The position numbers and the translations under genes are program-made. Below are positions 62,673 through 64,000 of a stretch of DNA of 64,000 bases, piece by piece. Under the pieces are notes generated by a model. It searched no databases, was not told the origin of the DNA, and saw only the letters and a list, made by a program, of their open reading frames with translations. Every line of letters begins with the position of its first letter. Within the stretch, counting starts at the first letter, position 1. This DNA is from an uncultured Christensenellaceae bacterium (GTDB taxonomy: Bacteria; Bacillota; Clostridia; Christensenellales; UBA3700): positions 1,589-65,588 of the forward strand of contig CALWRI010000010.1 in the NCBI GenBank assembly GCA_944383905.1. Reading direction: 5' to 3'.

Positions 62673-63285
62673 CTATCATTTCCCTTACGCGCAGTTTCGC
62701 ACCGACCGACTTTGCGATCTCCTCCGCTTTTTCCACGTCGTCCTTGCCTATGCAGTCGACGACCGAAAACACGACGTTGCCGCCGTGAGATACGCACGCT
62801 CTCGCAAAATCGAGCATTATATCAAACGCCTTTTTCCCGAAAATGCTGTGGCATATCGCGTCGTATTTTTCGGGCGTGACCTGATTGAGGCTTATGCCTA
62901 TCACGTCGATCGCCCTGCACATCCTTTCACTGACATCGACGCCGAGGATTGCATTGGCTTGTCCGTTTGTATTGATGCGAGTGCGCAAGCCTTTTGAATG
63001 CGCAAACGCCGCGACTTCCTCGAGCACGTCGAAGCGGTAGGTCGGTTCTCCGTAACCGCAGAACACCAGCTCCTTGTAATTCGCAAGGTCGTATCCGCAA
63101 AGCGCGTCTATGACTTCGCCCGCGGACGGCTCCTTGTCGAGCCACAGATCGTACCCCTCGTATCCGTGCGGTTTCCTGCGGTCGACGTCGTAATTGCGCA
63201 CGCAGAACGTGCAGGCGTTGGAGCACCTGTTCGTCAGATTCGCATACAGCTTGCCGTCTATTTCGTAAACGTATTGCTTTGCCAT
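62665..63285 (-). CDS. TatD-associated radical SAM protein
   Basis: NLTNRCSNACTFC, VFCGYGEPT, RINTNG; adjacent to tatD. Confidence 0.9.
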   Translation of the reverse strand: MAKQYVYEIDGKLYANLTNRCSNACTFCVRNYDVDRRKPHGYEGYDLWLDKEPSAGEVIDALCGYDLANYKELVFCGYGEPTYRFDVLEEVAAFAHSKGLRTRINTNGQANAILGVDVSERMCRAIDVIGISLNQVTPEKYDAICHSIFGKKAFDIMLDFARACVSHGGNVVFSVVDCIGKDDVEKAEEIAKSVGAKLRVREMIDE

Positions 63286-63287
63286 AG

Positions 63288-64000
63288 TCAGTCCTTTATC
63301 TTCATTTTGTCGAAAAGCGTGAGGGTGTTTTTTACGGTCGTTTCCTCAAACTCGTCCTCGTCCATACCCAGGACTCCCGCGATATAGCGCGCCGTATAGT
63401 TGACGTATTTCGGCTCGTTGCGCTTGCCTCGGAAGGGTACGGGCGTCATATACGGGCAGTCCGTCTCCACGATCAATCTGTCCCTCGGCACGGCGCGGAT
63501 CACGTCGTCCTTTTTCGCGTTTTTGAAAGTCACGACCCCGCCGAAAGCGAAATAACTGTCGAAAGGCGCGAGCTCTTTGACGAATTCCTTACTGCCGCAA
63601 TAGCAATGCATAAGCATGCCGTGTTGCAGTAAGCGTTTGTTTTCTTTGAGTATCGTCATAAGATCGCCGTATGCGTCGCGTATATGCAGCGCAACGGGAA
63701 GTTTTGCCTCGTGCGCAAGCTCGAGCTGCGCGACGAACGCTCTTTTCTGCACCTCTCTTTCGGGCGTCTCGTAATAATAATCCAGACCGATCTCTCCTAT
63801 TCCTACGACTTTGGGGCGTTTTGCCGCTTTGAGATAATACTCCCTTTCGGCGTCGCCGTATACCGCCGCGAATTCCGGATGCGTGCCTACAAGCGCGAAC
63901 ACGTTGTCGTTTTTCTCCGCAAACGCGACTGCGTCGCGCGACGTCGCAAGGTCACAGCCGACTTCGACTATCGCGAGCAATCCGTCGTTTTTCATTTCCG
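63288..64000 (-). CDS. tatD: TatD-family nuclease (5' end lies beyond the window)
   Basis: GTHP, GEIGLDY, HIRDA, MHC, ETDCPY, RGKRNEP. Confidence 0.93.
   Translation of the reverse strand, partial: EMKNDGLLAIVEVGCDLATSRDAVAFAEKNDNVFALVGTHPEFAAVYGDAEREYYLKAAKRPKVVGIGEIGLDYYYETPEREVQKRAFVAQLELAHEAKLPVALHIRDAYGDLMTILKENKRLLQHGMLMHCYCGSKEFVKELAPFDSYFAFGGVVTFKNAKKDDVIRAVPRDRLIVETDCPYMTPVPFRGKRNEPKYVNYTARYIAGVLGMDEDEFEETTVKNTLTLFDKMKIKD

Overview
Chromosomal window from an anaerobic, probably spore-forming Clostridia-class gut bacterium (sigH, gpr-rpsT, mrnC-thyX-rlmB, type III glutamine synthetase; the taxonomy is inferred from gene content only). Most of it is housekeeping and metabolism: CsoR-CadA, three tRNAs, murI, feoAAB, GH2/GH18/GH29 hydrolases, leuCDB, mgsA, carAB, purF, asnA, alaS, glnA-III, rsmA and tatD. 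The first ~1.66 kb is an AT-richer end of a probable island. The standout is a tightly coupled six-gene minus-strand operon (26950-34024) between leuB and mgsA. It encodes a TIR-domain protein, an agmatine deiminase, a 605-aa helical protein, a ParA/MinD-like ATPase, a 233-aa unknown protein and an internally duplicated SpeD-fold decarboxylase with one dead and one live half. This is a candidate undescribed polyamine-linked defence or signalling system. Other oddities: CarA with its catalytic Cys replaced by Ser, a CarB-DapF fusion also carrying a Cys-to-Ser change, a tRNA-Glu-anchored 143-bp repeat, an RNAP alpha-CTD/WG-repeat fusion, and an aminotransferase-kinase-aldolase/pseudo-aldolase catabolic operon. 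All calls come from motif reading by eye; no searches were run.
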